Shown in pieces: positions 45,953-53,957 of a stretch of 64,000 nt of DNA; position 1 is the stretch's first letter, and each line of letters begins with the position of its first letter. Below the pieces are notes generated by a model. That model saw only the letters and a program-made list of their open reading frames with translations, was not told the DNA's origin and ran no database searches. The translations under genes were made by a program, and so were the position numbers. This DNA is from a virus, in the IMG/VR virus record IMGVR_UViG_3300044692_000046, positions 31,149 through 95,148 of that record; one strand, written 5' to 3'.

Positions 45953-47052
45953 CAGGCACTCTCCAAACCATCGAACAGCGACGCCTGACCGGACACCTCG
46001 ACGGGCGGCTTCGCCACACCCAGCACCTTTGCCAACTGACCGGGGTCGGTGGTGCGCCAGGTGGCGAGCCGGCAGTAGTCGGCGGACCGGTCCACGCTGA
46101 TGCCGTGCCGACCCAGCGCCTTGGCGATCAGCGCGGTGGTGCCGGTGCCGCCGAACGGGTCGAGCACCACGCCGGCCGGCGGGCACCAGCCGCGGATGAG
46201 TCGATCCGGCCAGCGGGTCGGGAACGCGGCGAAGTGGTCCACGCCGAGCTCGGTCGGCACCTGGAGCGGCTCGGTGGCGACCTCCCACACGCTGCTCGGC
46301 AGCTTGCCGAGCGGGTTCACGCCGGCCCTCGGCACATCGGTCAAGGTTGACGAGTGCCTGGTGGCCACCCCAGCCGGCTGCTCGCCGCGATCCCTCATCT
46401 GCGGCGCGAATCGACGTTGCGGCTTCGCCTCGTACGGCTGCCGGATCTCGTCGACCGCGCTGTAGTAGCGCGGCTGCTTGACGAGGTGGAACCACTGCTC
46501 GTGCGAGCGCCGCACCCGGTCCGTCACCGACTCGGGTAGGCCGTTGGGCTTCGACCAGATCAGCTCGGCGCGCAGGATCAGGCCCAGGTCGTCGATGCAG
46601 CGCAGCGCGTACCGCCACGGCAGACCCATCAGCGACTTCTCCGGCACGTACCGGCCGCCGTCCGGGTCGGTGATGTTCTCGTACGGCATGCGCGCCAGGC
46701 CGGCGGCGCGGTCGCGCTTCCAGTCTTTGACCAGCTCCGAGCGATCCGGGAACAGGCCGTCCTGGTGGCTGGACATGCGCGCGGCGACGCGCTGGGAGTA
46801 CTTGTCGCCGAGGTTCACCCACAGCGATCCGGACGGCTTGAGGACCCGCACCCACTCCCGGGTGCACTCGATCAACGCGTCGATGTAGGCAGCCGGGGTG
46901 CGCTCGGAGCCGATCTGTTCGGCGTAGTGCCCGCCGCCGTCCTGGTAGCTCCGGAGCCCGAAGTACGGCGGGGAGGTCACCACGAGATCCACTGATGCGT
47001 CGGGCAACGGTAGGTGTCGAGCATCGCCACGCAGGACGGATGCCGTTCCCAT
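45952..47052 (-). CDS. Beta-class N4-C/N6-A DNA methyltransferase (5' end supplied by the insertion)
   Basis: TSPPY motif IV, HFAAFP, VLDPFGGTGTT motif I. Confidence 0.9.
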   Translation of the reverse strand: MGTASVLRGDARHLPLPDASVDLVVTSPPYFGLRSYQDGGGHYAEQIGSERTPAAYIDALIECTREWVRVLKPSGSLWVNLGDKYSQRVAARMSSHQDGLFPDRSELVKDWKRDRAAGLARMPYENITDPDGGRYVPEKSLMGLPWRYALRCIDDLGLILRAELIWSKPNGLPESVTDRVRRSHEQWFHLVKQPRYYSAVDEIRQPYEAKPQRRFAPQMRDRGEQPAGVATRHSSTLTDVPRAGVNPLGKLPSSVWEVATEPLQVPTELGVDHFAAFPTRWPDRLIRGWCPPAGVVLDPFGGTGTTALIAKALGRHGISVDRSADYCRLATWRTTDPGQLAKVLGVAKPPVEVSGQASLFDGLESA

Positions 47053-47734
47053 ACCCGCCATCATGGTAGGCACTGAGTACCCTGTTGGCATGGCTTCAGC
47101 ACCAACCGATCTGGCCTACGCGGCCGGCGTTGTGGACTCGGACGGCTACATCGGTGTGCACCGCAGCACCTATGCGATGCGGGTCCGCGGCGACGCTGGC
47201 CAAGCCGTCTACGTGCCGCGCGTCGCGGTCAAACAAGTGACCCCACAGGCACTGGACCTGCTCCACGAGGTGTTCGGCGGGCACCGGTACAGCGGGAAGC
47301 CGACAGCCGCCCGTGGCCGGCCGCTGCTCGGCTGGGCCGTGCACTCGGCCATGGCCGCCCGAACCTGCGAAGCGCTGCTGCCGTTCCTCAGAATCAAGCG
47401 CGAGCAGGCGCTCAACGCCATCGAGGTAGGCCGACTTAATGCGCTCGGGGAGCGCCACCGGTTTGATCTCCCCGAGGTTGACCCTGCAGAGCCTATGGTG
47501 ACCATGGCCGAGGCAGCCCGCAGGCTCGGCAAGCGCTACGACGTGGTGCTGCAATCCGTGCGCCGGGGCAACGTGCCGCACCTGCGCCTTGGACCACGGA
47601 AAGTGCTCATCCCGGAGTCGTACCTTGTGATCTGGGCAAGGCGCGGCACGAACGCACCGCGCCGCGCGGACATCACCACGCAGCTGGAGGTGTGCCTGGC
47701 GCGCGCCCAGGAGCTGAACCGGGTTGGCCGCTGA
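46963..47734 (+). mobile_element. Free-standing homing endonuclease cassette carrying a replacement MTase 5' end
   Basis: Bounded by direct copies of AGTACGGCGGG (46962-46972, 47734-47744); duplicated MTase N-terminus on each side. Confidence 0.8.
47090..47734 (+). CDS. Single-motif LAGLIDADG endonuclease with inserted excisionase-type HTH
   Basis: LAYAAGVVDSDGYI, LLPFLRIKREQA; TMAEAARRLG..G..P..RLG..VLIP; TACCCT 6 nt before ATG 47090. Confidence 0.9.
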   Translation: MASAPTDLAYAAGVVDSDGYIGVHRSTYAMRVRGDAGQAVYVPRVAVKQVTPQALDLLHEVFGGHRYSGKPTAARGRPLLGWAVHSAMAARTCEALLPFLRIKREQALNAIEVGRLNALGERHRFDLPEVDPAEPMVTMAEAARRLGKRYDVVLQSVRRGNVPHLRLGPRKVLIPESYLVIWARRGTNAPRRADITTQLEVCLARAQELNRVGR

Positions 47735-47827
47735 GTACGGCGGGCTGGTGACGATCAGGTCCACGCTCGCGTCCGGTAGCGGCAGGGCGCGGGCATCGCC
47801 CCGCAGGATCGTTGCGGTACCCAACAT
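47735..47827 (-). pseudogene. Orphaned original 5' end (31 codons) of the DNA methyltransferase
   Basis: MLGTATILRGDARALPLPDASVDLIVTSPPY, still TGATG-coupled to the upstream gene, broken right after SPPY. Confidence 0.85.
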
Positions 47828-48186
47828 CAGCACGCCTCCCCCGGGTCGTCTTCGGACATCTCCGCGATGCGCCCGAGCAGATCCCGGCGGCCGGCACGCC
47901 AGCCAGCCTTGTACGGCTCCTCCTCGGCCGCGACCAGCAGCGTCACCGGGCCTCGGGCCAGCAGGTCGTCCCAGGTGTTGTGCACCTTGGTCACACCGGC
48001 CGGCATGCGCCCGCGGTCCCAGACCATCCAGAACTCGCCGCCGAGCGGGTACCAGACGCCGATGTTCGCGCCCGACGACACCCAGATCTCCTGATCGCGG
48101 TAGTAGCCGTAGTTGATGGCCACCACGGCGCCGCTGCACAGGTCCGGCTCGGGGTCGCCCGCCCGGAACACCTTCGGCTCGCTCAC
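47827..48186 (-). CDS. Hypothetical protein
   Basis: Coupled at both ends. Confidence 0.6.
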   Translation of the reverse strand: MSEPKVFRAGDPEPDLCSGAVVAINYGYYRDQEIWVSSGANIGVWYPLGGEFWMVWDRGRMPAGVTKVHNTWDDLLARGPVTLLVAAEEEPYKAGWRAGRRDLLGRIAEMSEDDPGEAC

Positions 48187-48863
48187 CGCGCACCACCCGG
48201 CACCCGCCGGTCCGGGCCGGAGAACCCGACCCGCACCGAGTCCAGCAGCCGCGACGCGATCCGATCCCCCACCGCCTCGTCCAACTCGTCCGCGTCGGTG
48301 TTCGCCGTGATCACCATCGGCAGGTGATCCGCCCACCGGGTGTCCACGATGTCCAGCAGCGCCTCCGCGCCCCAGTCCGAGATCCGCGCCGACGTCAGGT
48401 CGTCGAGGAACAGCAGGTCGCACGTCTTGTACCGGTAGATCTTCGATAGGTGCTCGTCGTCCGGCCTCGGCCGCACATCCCCCGCCAACTGCACGTGCGT
48501 GCGGAACTCCCACCTCAACGTCTTGTTGAGATGCGCGAACGCCAGCGCCGTCTCCCGCAGCACCCCGTACGCGGCGTGCGTCTTGCCGGTGCCGCGCAGC
48601 CCCAGCAGGATCAGCGACGGCACCCCCCGCGAGTTGTCGACGAACTCCCGCACCCAGCGGGCGATGCGCGGGTGCTCGACCTTCGCCTCCTGGAACTCCA
48701 TCCGGATCCGCCGGGCCAGCACCCCCTCGGTGCGTTCCACCCGCCACGCGATCGGGTCGAAGCGGTCCGCGTCGATCTCTTCCTGCGTCAGCGGCGGCAG
48801 GTCCTTCGGGATCCTGGCCCGGATCTGCTCGACGAGATCCGCGAGGTTCTTCGGCTCGTTCAT
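48183..48863 (-). CDS. DnaC/IstB-like AAA+ helicase loader
   Basis: GLRGTGKT, LLFLDDL, ITAN, GDRIASRL, GPDRR. Confidence 0.9.
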   Translation of the reverse strand: MNEPKNLADLVEQIRARIPKDLPPLTQEEIDADRFDPIAWRVERTEGVLARRIRMEFQEAKVEHPRIARWVREFVDNSRGVPSLILLGLRGTGKTHAAYGVLRETALAFAHLNKTLRWEFRTHVQLAGDVRPRPDDEHLSKIYRYKTCDLLFLDDLTSARISDWGAEALLDIVDTRWADHLPMVITANTDADELDEAVGDRIASRLLDSVRVGFSGPDRRVPGGAR

Positions 48864-49909
48864 GCACCTCTCCTGCCACGGCTGCCGTACAGCCGGTCGT
48901 CATCGAACGCGTGGGGGTCGTTAGTAACGGTCTTGATCGACGAAGTGCGGCCGTTCGTCGGCCGCGACGGGAGCCGCTCCTGGGCGTTGAGCATCCAGTT
49001 CCGCCAGGTAGCAACCCAGTCCCGCTTGGTCGCGTCCCTGCCGGTCTTCGCCGTCCAGTAGTTGATGAACTTCTCGGTCTCGCGCCGACCGTCAACGTCC
49101 GGGGCGTTCTCCGCAGCCCACGCAACCATCGCCGGGGTGACCGCGAAGTCAGCCGGGATCCGAGTCCCTCTGTTCGAGCTCCGCTGCGAAGCAGCGGAAG
49201 AAGAAGTTTGGGAGTGGGAATGGGTACGGGTAGCTATCCCTTTAGGGATAGCCCGACGCGCAGGCGCGCGCGAGCCATCGTTTGCTACGCCGTTGCTATC
49301 GGCGTCATGGCAACCGGATGGCAAGTTGCCATCGTCTCCTGCGGTTTCACCCGCAGGGTCGAATAGGCCCTCGGCGATGTGAACCCCGTTGCGGGGTGCC
49401 GCCGCCTGCGTCCCGTCCAGAGGCTGCTGTGCCGTCTCGGCCGCCATACCGCTGCCATCGCCAGCCATGTCGTTGCCATCCGTCTTGCCATCGGAGTCAT
49501 GGCTAGCCGATGGCAACTTCCCATCCTGTCCTGCGGTTTTGTGGCCTGCCCAGCGCTTCGCGGCACCGCGCTTGCCTGCCTCCGACCGGGCCTGCTTGGT
49601 CTCCTCGGTCGGCAGGTAGTCGTTGAAGTCGTGGATCAGCCAGGCGCCGTCGTCCTGCGTCTCCCACAGGTTGTGCTTCACCAGCAGCTCGGCCGCCAGC
49701 TTGGCGTGACCGCCGAGGTAGCGCCGCGGCAGCCCAGCCGGCAAGCGGCCCGGCGTCTCCCCGCGCTTGCGGGTGTTGCGGTGCGCCCAGGTGAAGCACA
49801 GCGACCACAAGCCGATCGCCGCCGCCCCGAGGAGCTGGTCCTCTTCGTCGAGAAGGGCGAGCACCTTCGGGTGGTCGTCGAAGCGGTCATCGATGCGTCC
49901 CCAGCCCAT
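48860..49909 (-). CDS. Replication initiator (replisome organiser)
   Basis: WGRIDDRFDDHPKV..IHDFNDY N-terminus; EKFINYW..DWVATWRNW C-terminus; precedes loader. Confidence 0.85.
   Translation of the reverse strand: MGWGRIDDRFDDHPKVLALLDEEDQLLGAAAIGLWSLCFTWAHRNTRKRGETPGRLPAGLPRRYLGGHAKLAAELLVKHNLWETQDDGAWLIHDFNDYLPTEETKQARSEAGKRGAAKRWAGHKTAGQDGKLPSASHDSDGKTDGNDMAGDGSGMAAETAQQPLDGTQAAAPRNGVHIAEGLFDPAGETAGDDGNLPSGCHDADSNGVANDGSRAPARRAIPKGIATRTHSHSQTSSSAASQRSSNRGTRIPADFAVTPAMVAWAAENAPDVDGRRETEKFINYWTAKTGRDATKRDWVATWRNWMLNAQERLPSRPTNGRTSSIKTVTNDPHAFDDDRLYGSRGRRGA
49233..49525. repeat. Iteron-like TTGCCATC/GATGGCAA repeats (putative origin)
   Basis: Exact copies at 49317, 49326, 49473, 49485, 49509 plus variants; palindrome at 49233-49252. 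Confidence 0.65.
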
Positions 49910-50520
49910 CAGCGCGCCGTCTCTTCGGAGGCGGCGTACCACGCGGCAAGCACCGTGGCCCGGTCGTGTAGCTTCACCAACTCGATCCGAGCCAACTTGC
50001 AGGTGTGACGGAATACGTTGTTGAGGAAGATGCTCTCGTCCGACATGGCGATGTCGAGGCAGTTGAGCAGGATCTCGAATGGCAGGCCACCGAGCAGCAG
50101 CCCGTCCACGATGCCCACCCACGTCTGAGGTCGCGGCGCCTCGAACCGGTGCTTCTTCAACCGCGAACCCGGACGGCTCCAACTCATCCACCGCTCATCG
50201 AACTCCCGGATGCGCTGTCGCCGCTCCTCCATGTCGGTCAGCGCTATCTGCGCGCAGACCTCGATGGCGCGTGCCCACCGCTCCGCGTCGTCGCGGACAG
50301 CGGGGATCATCGGCTCGCTGTCGAGCGGTACGTCATGCTTGCCGCTGTTGCAGTCCCAGCAGGCGACAACGAGGTTCTCGGCGCGGTTGAGGCCACCCAG
50401 ACTGATCGGCACGAGGTGGTCGATGGTGAGTCGCGCCTCGGCTGAGGTCGCGCCGCAGTAGCGACAGCGGTATCCGTCGCGCTTGAACACCTCGAACCGG
50501 ATCCTCTTGTTGACCGCCAC
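49909..50520 (-). CDS. HNH endonuclease
   Basis: RFEVFKRDGYRCRYCG..IDHLVP..GG..ENLVVACWDCNSGK. Confidence 0.9.
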   Translation of the reverse strand: MAVNKRIRFEVFKRDGYRCRYCGATSAEARLTIDHLVPISLGGLNRAENLVVACWDCNSGKHDVPLDSEPMIPAVRDDAERWARAIEVCAQIALTDMEERRQRIREFDERWMSWSRPGSRLKKHRFEAPRPQTWVGIVDGLLLGGLPFEILLNCLDIAMSDESIFLNNVFRHTCKLARIELVKLHDRATVLAAWYAASEETAR

Positions 50521-50605
50521 TCGTTCGTCCCCCCAGGTCGTGGTTGTCGTGTCGGGCAGACCCCGGCGGTCGCGGCGCCGCGGTGAGCGCGTGACTTGCG
50601 CTCCG

Positions 50606-50642
50606 TACCTCACAGACCTTACAGTACTAGCAGACCTCACAG
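50606..50642. promoter_or_regulatory. Four tandem ~9-bp repeats over a putative leftward promoter
   Basis: ACCTCACAG, ACCTTACAG, TACTAGCAG, ACCTCACAG; minus strand TTGCTG-N18-TAAGGT. Confidence 0.55.
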
Positions 50643-50703
50643 CAAGATCCGGCAGGAGGGCGGGATGTTCAAGGTTGAACCTGGAGGGCTGTACGATCCG
50701 TAC

Positions 50704-50925
50704 ATGGCGAAGCGCGTGAAGCTCGGCATTCAGGACACGCGCCTTCATCTGCGCACCCGCGTGGACGAAGGGCTGGAGGAGGGCTCGCACACCGTCGTGA
50801 TGCGGCACGACAAGCTCGTGGCCGCGCTCGTGCCCTACTCCTGGTACCGCGACGCCTGCCTCGCTCTGGGCTACCCGGAGTTCGAGGAGGACGCGGCCCC
50901 GATCGAGCCCCCCGCCGCTTCCTGA
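50704..50925 (+). CDS. Phd/YefM-fold protein
   Basis: GIQDTRLHLRTRVD..HTVVMRHDKLVAALVPYSWY; TACGAT 6 nt before ATG 50704. Confidence 0.75.
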   Translation: MAKRVKLGIQDTRLHLRTRVDEGLEEGSHTVVMRHDKLVAALVPYSWYRDACLALGYPEFEEDAAPIEPPAAS

Positions 50926-50927
50926 CC

Positions 50928-51152
50928 TCATCCCTCCCCCTCCTCCACCTGTAGTCCCGGTATCTCTGGCTGCCTGTCGCACACCTCGGGTGGATGCGGC
51001 GGGCTGTCTTTCGTGTGTGCGGCCGGGCGTCTGCGTCCTCGGCCGCGGTCGCCCCGGCACTTCGGTCCGCGCCGCAACGCCCGTGACGCCGGGTCCCGGA
51101 GCGGGCGGTGGCAGTCACGGCACTCCACCCGGTCCTCGGCGGGGGCGGGCAT
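50928..51152 (-). CDS. DUF6011-like Zn-finger protein
   Basis: CRDCHRPLRDPASRALRRGPKC. Confidence 0.7.
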   Translation of the reverse strand: MPAPAEDRVECRDCHRPLRDPASRALRRGPKCRGDRGRGRRRPAAHTKDSPPHPPEVCDRQPEIPGLQVEEGEG

Positions 51153-51748
51153 CAGGCGCTCCTGGGTAGGCGCGCCTTGCAGGCGCGAGCCCGGTTGACG
51201 CAGCCGTGGGAGCAGTACTGCTGGGCTCGGCTGGTCGGGGTGTAGGCGCCCTCGCAGTGCCGGCAGATCCGCTCACCGGGCCGCAGAGGACGGTTGTGCG
51301 CTACGACCTTCATTGGCGCCGGACGGGCCTTGTGGTGGCTGCGGTTGCGGCAGCCGTCGCACATGTCCACCGACGCCGGCCACTCGGGGCGGATCTTCCG
51401 CTCCCCGCAGGAGCGGCACACCCGCCACTGCGGCAGCGGCACCGGTCGGGGACGGTTGCCGGCCAGCATCGCCCGCCGCTCGGTCTCGTCGTAGCCGCCG
51501 CGCACCCCGTCCAGCTCGCCGGAGTCCAGCGCGTCGGTCAGGCAGGTTTCGCGGACCGGGCAGCGCCAGCAGATCTCCTTGGCGATGGCCACGTTGCGCT
51601 GGTAGGCGGGGCTGTCGGGCTTCCCGGTCGGGTAGAACACGTCTGGGTCGTCCTCGTAGCGGCAGAGCCCCTTCGCCTGCCAGTTGAAGGCGGGATCGCT
51701 GTCAAGGTGGGAGCGGACTCGGGACGGCCGGCGCACGTAGGCGCTCAC
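51152..51748 (-). CDS. whiB: WhiB-family regulator with extra C-terminal Zn fingers
   Basis: C..DPDVFYP..AKEICWRCPVRETC..GVRGG..ERR. Confidence 0.85.
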   Translation of the reverse strand: MSAYVRRPSRVRSHLDSDPAFNWQAKGLCRYEDDPDVFYPTGKPDSPAYQRNVAIAKEICWRCPVRETCLTDALDSGELDGVRGGYDETERRAMLAGNRPRPVPLPQWRVCRSCGERKIRPEWPASVDMCDGCRNRSHHKARPAPMKVVAHNRPLRPGERICRHCEGAYTPTSRAQQYCSHGCVNRARACKARLPRSA

Positions 51749-52443
51749 GACGCCCTCCCGAGGTAGCTGGCGGGGTCGTAGCGGGACGGCAGGCCCATGC
51801 GGATGCGGCGCTTCCCGATCGTCTTGTGGTCGGCGCGCAGGATTGCCGCGATCTCCCCGTCGGTCTTGTCGGCCGCGTTCAACCGGCGCACCGCCTCCGC
51901 CCGCTCGGCGGGCCACATCTCGTCGTAGGCGACCTCACCGCGGCATGCCCGGATGACCCGGGGCTCGTCGTAGCGGGCGCTGCGGTCCCGGCCGGGCTGC
52001 TGCGGTTGCGCATCAGGGTCGTCGATCTCGTCGTCGTCCCAGGCCAGCGGCGGGGCGTAGCCGGCCGACTCGGCACGGCGCTGCGTCCGTTTCGACGGTC
52101 CAGGCAAAGCCCAGAGAGTGTCGTAGGCCGCTCGGATCGCGGTGATGGTCGCTTGCTTCACCGTCGTTCGCTGCATGACCTGCCCGCATGTTCCGGCGGG
52201 CAGGCTGGCTTGCTGCTCGATGAGCACGCCGGGCCAGCCCATCCGCATGAGCGCCTGGATACGCCGCTGGGTGCCGGTGGCATCGAGGTAGGTGGGGGCC
52301 AAGCGGCCTTCACGGCGGCGCTTGCTGTAGAGGCGGTGTTCCTCACGCGCGTCGGGACAGCGGCAGCCGCGCCGGTAGTCCCACTCTCGCCCGTGCCGTC
52401 GGCCTCGGTATTGGCAGCCGGAGCGGTCGACGTCGGTCATCAC
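51745..52443 (-). CDS. HTH DNA-binding protein
   Basis: GCRCPD, RRIQALMRMGW, APPLAWDDDEIDDP, C-terminal HTH. Confidence 0.7.
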   Translation of the reverse strand: MMTDVDRSGCQYRGRRHGREWDYRRGCRCPDAREEHRLYSKRRREGRLAPTYLDATGTQRRIQALMRMGWPGVLIEQQASLPAGTCGQVMQRTTVKQATITAIRAAYDTLWALPGPSKRTQRRAESAGYAPPLAWDDDEIDDPDAQPQQPGRDRSARYDEPRVIRACRGEVAYDEMWPAERAEAVRRLNAADKTDGEIAAILRADHKTIGKRRIRMGLPSRYDPASYLGRAS

Positions 52444-52607
52444 GCCGCCTCCGTGCCCTGCGTGACCGGCTCCACAGCCCCGTCAGCGGCGTCAGCGAGC
52501 CGTACCCTGCACTCCTCGGGGAGGATCAGATCCAACTCCAGCAGGGCGCGGCTGAGGGCCGCCAGGATGCGACTGCGGCGCTGCTCGGCAAAGTCGATGG
52601 TGTCCAT
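52440..52607 (-). CDS. Small hypothetical protein
   Basis: AAGGAG RBS. Confidence 0.55.
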   Translation of the reverse strand: MDTIDFAEQRRSRILAALSRALLELDLILPEECRVRLADAADGAVEPVTQGTEAA

Positions 52608-52694
52608 CAGGTGGTGCTCCTTCGTGGGTCGTGCCAGTCGCTCAGGACCGTCCACCGGAACCCGGGCGGGATGTGGGTGCCCGGTGGACGGCGC

Positions 52695-53426
52695 TCAGCG
52701 GCCGGGAGGTTCGGTCGTGGAGGTGGCGGACTCGGTAGCGCGACGCTGGTACAGCGCGATCAGGTCCGGGTCGAGCAGTTCGCCGTCCTGGCCGACGGTG
52801 GCCACTAGACGGTCATGGAGATCGGTGAACGCCGGGCGGCCACCGACGCCGCCCACGAACTCGTTCATCCAGTGGGCTGTCTTGTGGATCGCCGCGTCCA
52901 CGCCTGCGCGCCAGGCCGCGCGCATCGCCTCTTCGAGCAGCGCACCGTCCTGCCTGTCACCGGGGTAGTGGGTGGCCAGCGGGTCGGCGGTGGTGACGAG
53001 CACCGTGGTCTCGTCGCGGCTGTCGGCACGGCGCATCAGCCGTGCGGCGTCGTGCATGCCGCGCTGCCAGTCACGGCCGCCGATGCTGTGCATCTCGGCC
53101 ACCGCGTCGACGTGGGCGGACACCCGCTCCAGCTCGGACGGACCGTTGTCGACCGGCGGTCGGGTGCTCGCGGCGGCAGAACCTGGCTGCACCGCCGCGT
53201 GCGTCTCGATGCTCGGGTAGATGGCCTTGAGCGCTTGCGTCAGCCGCTCCGCCAACTCGCCGCCGGCGCCCGCGCTAGCGACCGCCTCCAGCACGCCTCG
53301 GATCGGGCCGCCGATGACGGTGAGCGTGACGGTTTCGAGTTCGTCGACGACGCCCTCTGGCCGCCCCTGGCCCTGCTCGTCCACGGTGCACGCTGTGATG
53401 CGCACCGGGTTGTCGTTGTCGGGCAT
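52695..53426 (-). CDS. Hypothetical protein
   Basis: TGATG coupling. Confidence 0.55.
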   Translation of the reverse strand: MPDNDNPVRITACTVDEQGQGRPEGVVDELETVTLTVIGGPIRGVLEAVASAGAGGELAERLTQALKAIYPSIETHAAVQPGSAAASTRPPVDNGPSELERVSAHVDAVAEMHSIGGRDWQRGMHDAARLMRRADSRDETTVLVTTADPLATHYPGDRQDGALLEEAMRAAWRAGVDAAIHKTAHWMNEFVGGVGGRPAFTDLHDRLVATVGQDGELLDPDLIALYQRRATESATSTTEPPGR

Positions 53427-53596
53427 CAGAACCCCCACATCGCAAGGGCGGCGATACACAGGCCGTTGATGACGACGGTCGCAACGGCCGCGGCGTGGGT
53501 GATGGGCTTGCGCGGCCTGCCGATCTGCGAGACCACGGCGACCGCCTCGATGGACAGCAGCCCGATCACTAGGGCGATCAGAATCGTGTGGATCAT
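53426..53596 (-). CDS. Small two-TM protein
   Basis: Two hydrophobic helices around IGRPRKP. Confidence 0.6.
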   Translation of the reverse strand: MIHTILIALVIGLLSIEAVAVVSQIGRPRKPITHAAAVATVVINGLCIAALAMWGF

Positions 53597-53600
53597 GGGG

Positions 53601-53957
53601 TCAGGCGCTCCTGTTCTCGGTGATGGTGTTCTGCTCCTGCTGGGCCAGCCACTCCCGCTGATCCGCTGTCGCCGCGTCCTCAGCGACCAGGGCTCGGATG
53701 ATGGCCACACACGGCGCCATCGCCGCCGTGCCCCGGTGCAGTGCCCGCACGCCCGGCATCCAGGCGATCAGCCCCCGGCAGCGGGAGCAGCGGAACTCGT
53801 GGCCGGTCGGCTGGTTCTCGGTGTGGTGCTCGGCTTGGAGGATGTGGCCCAGGCGAGAGGCGCGAGTCAGGGTGTCCGCGAGCGCGAAGACTGCGGGCTG
53901 GTCGGCTTGGCTCATGCCTTCGGCGGTCAGGGCCGCGTGCAGTCCGGCGGTGCTCAT
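53601..53957 (-). CDS. Hypothetical protein
   Basis: Coupled; CSRC. Confidence 0.55.
   Translation of the reverse strand: MSTAGLHAALTAEGMSQADQPAVFALADTLTRASRLGHILQAEHHTENQPTGHEFRCSRCRGLIAWMPGVRALHRGTAAMAPCVAIIRALVAEDAATADQREWLAQQEQNTITENRSA

Noticed and set aside
44570-46867. 765-aa DnaB with a long N-terminal extension
   Set aside because: The extension is an alternative frame of the MTase gene; DnaB homology starts at ATG 45952, which overlaps the MTase stop.
46963-47734. Group I intron or intein explanation for the LAGLIDADG insert
   Set aside because: The ORF is antisense to the host gene, has no intein Cys/His-Asn ends and leaves no room for a ribozyme core; the duplicated N-terminus makes splicing unnecessary. 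Not excluded experimentally.
47096-48196. 366-aa minus-strand ORF containing TSPPY
   Set aside because: A composite of an off-frame upstream region, the 31-codon MTase stub and antisense read-through of the endonuclease gene.
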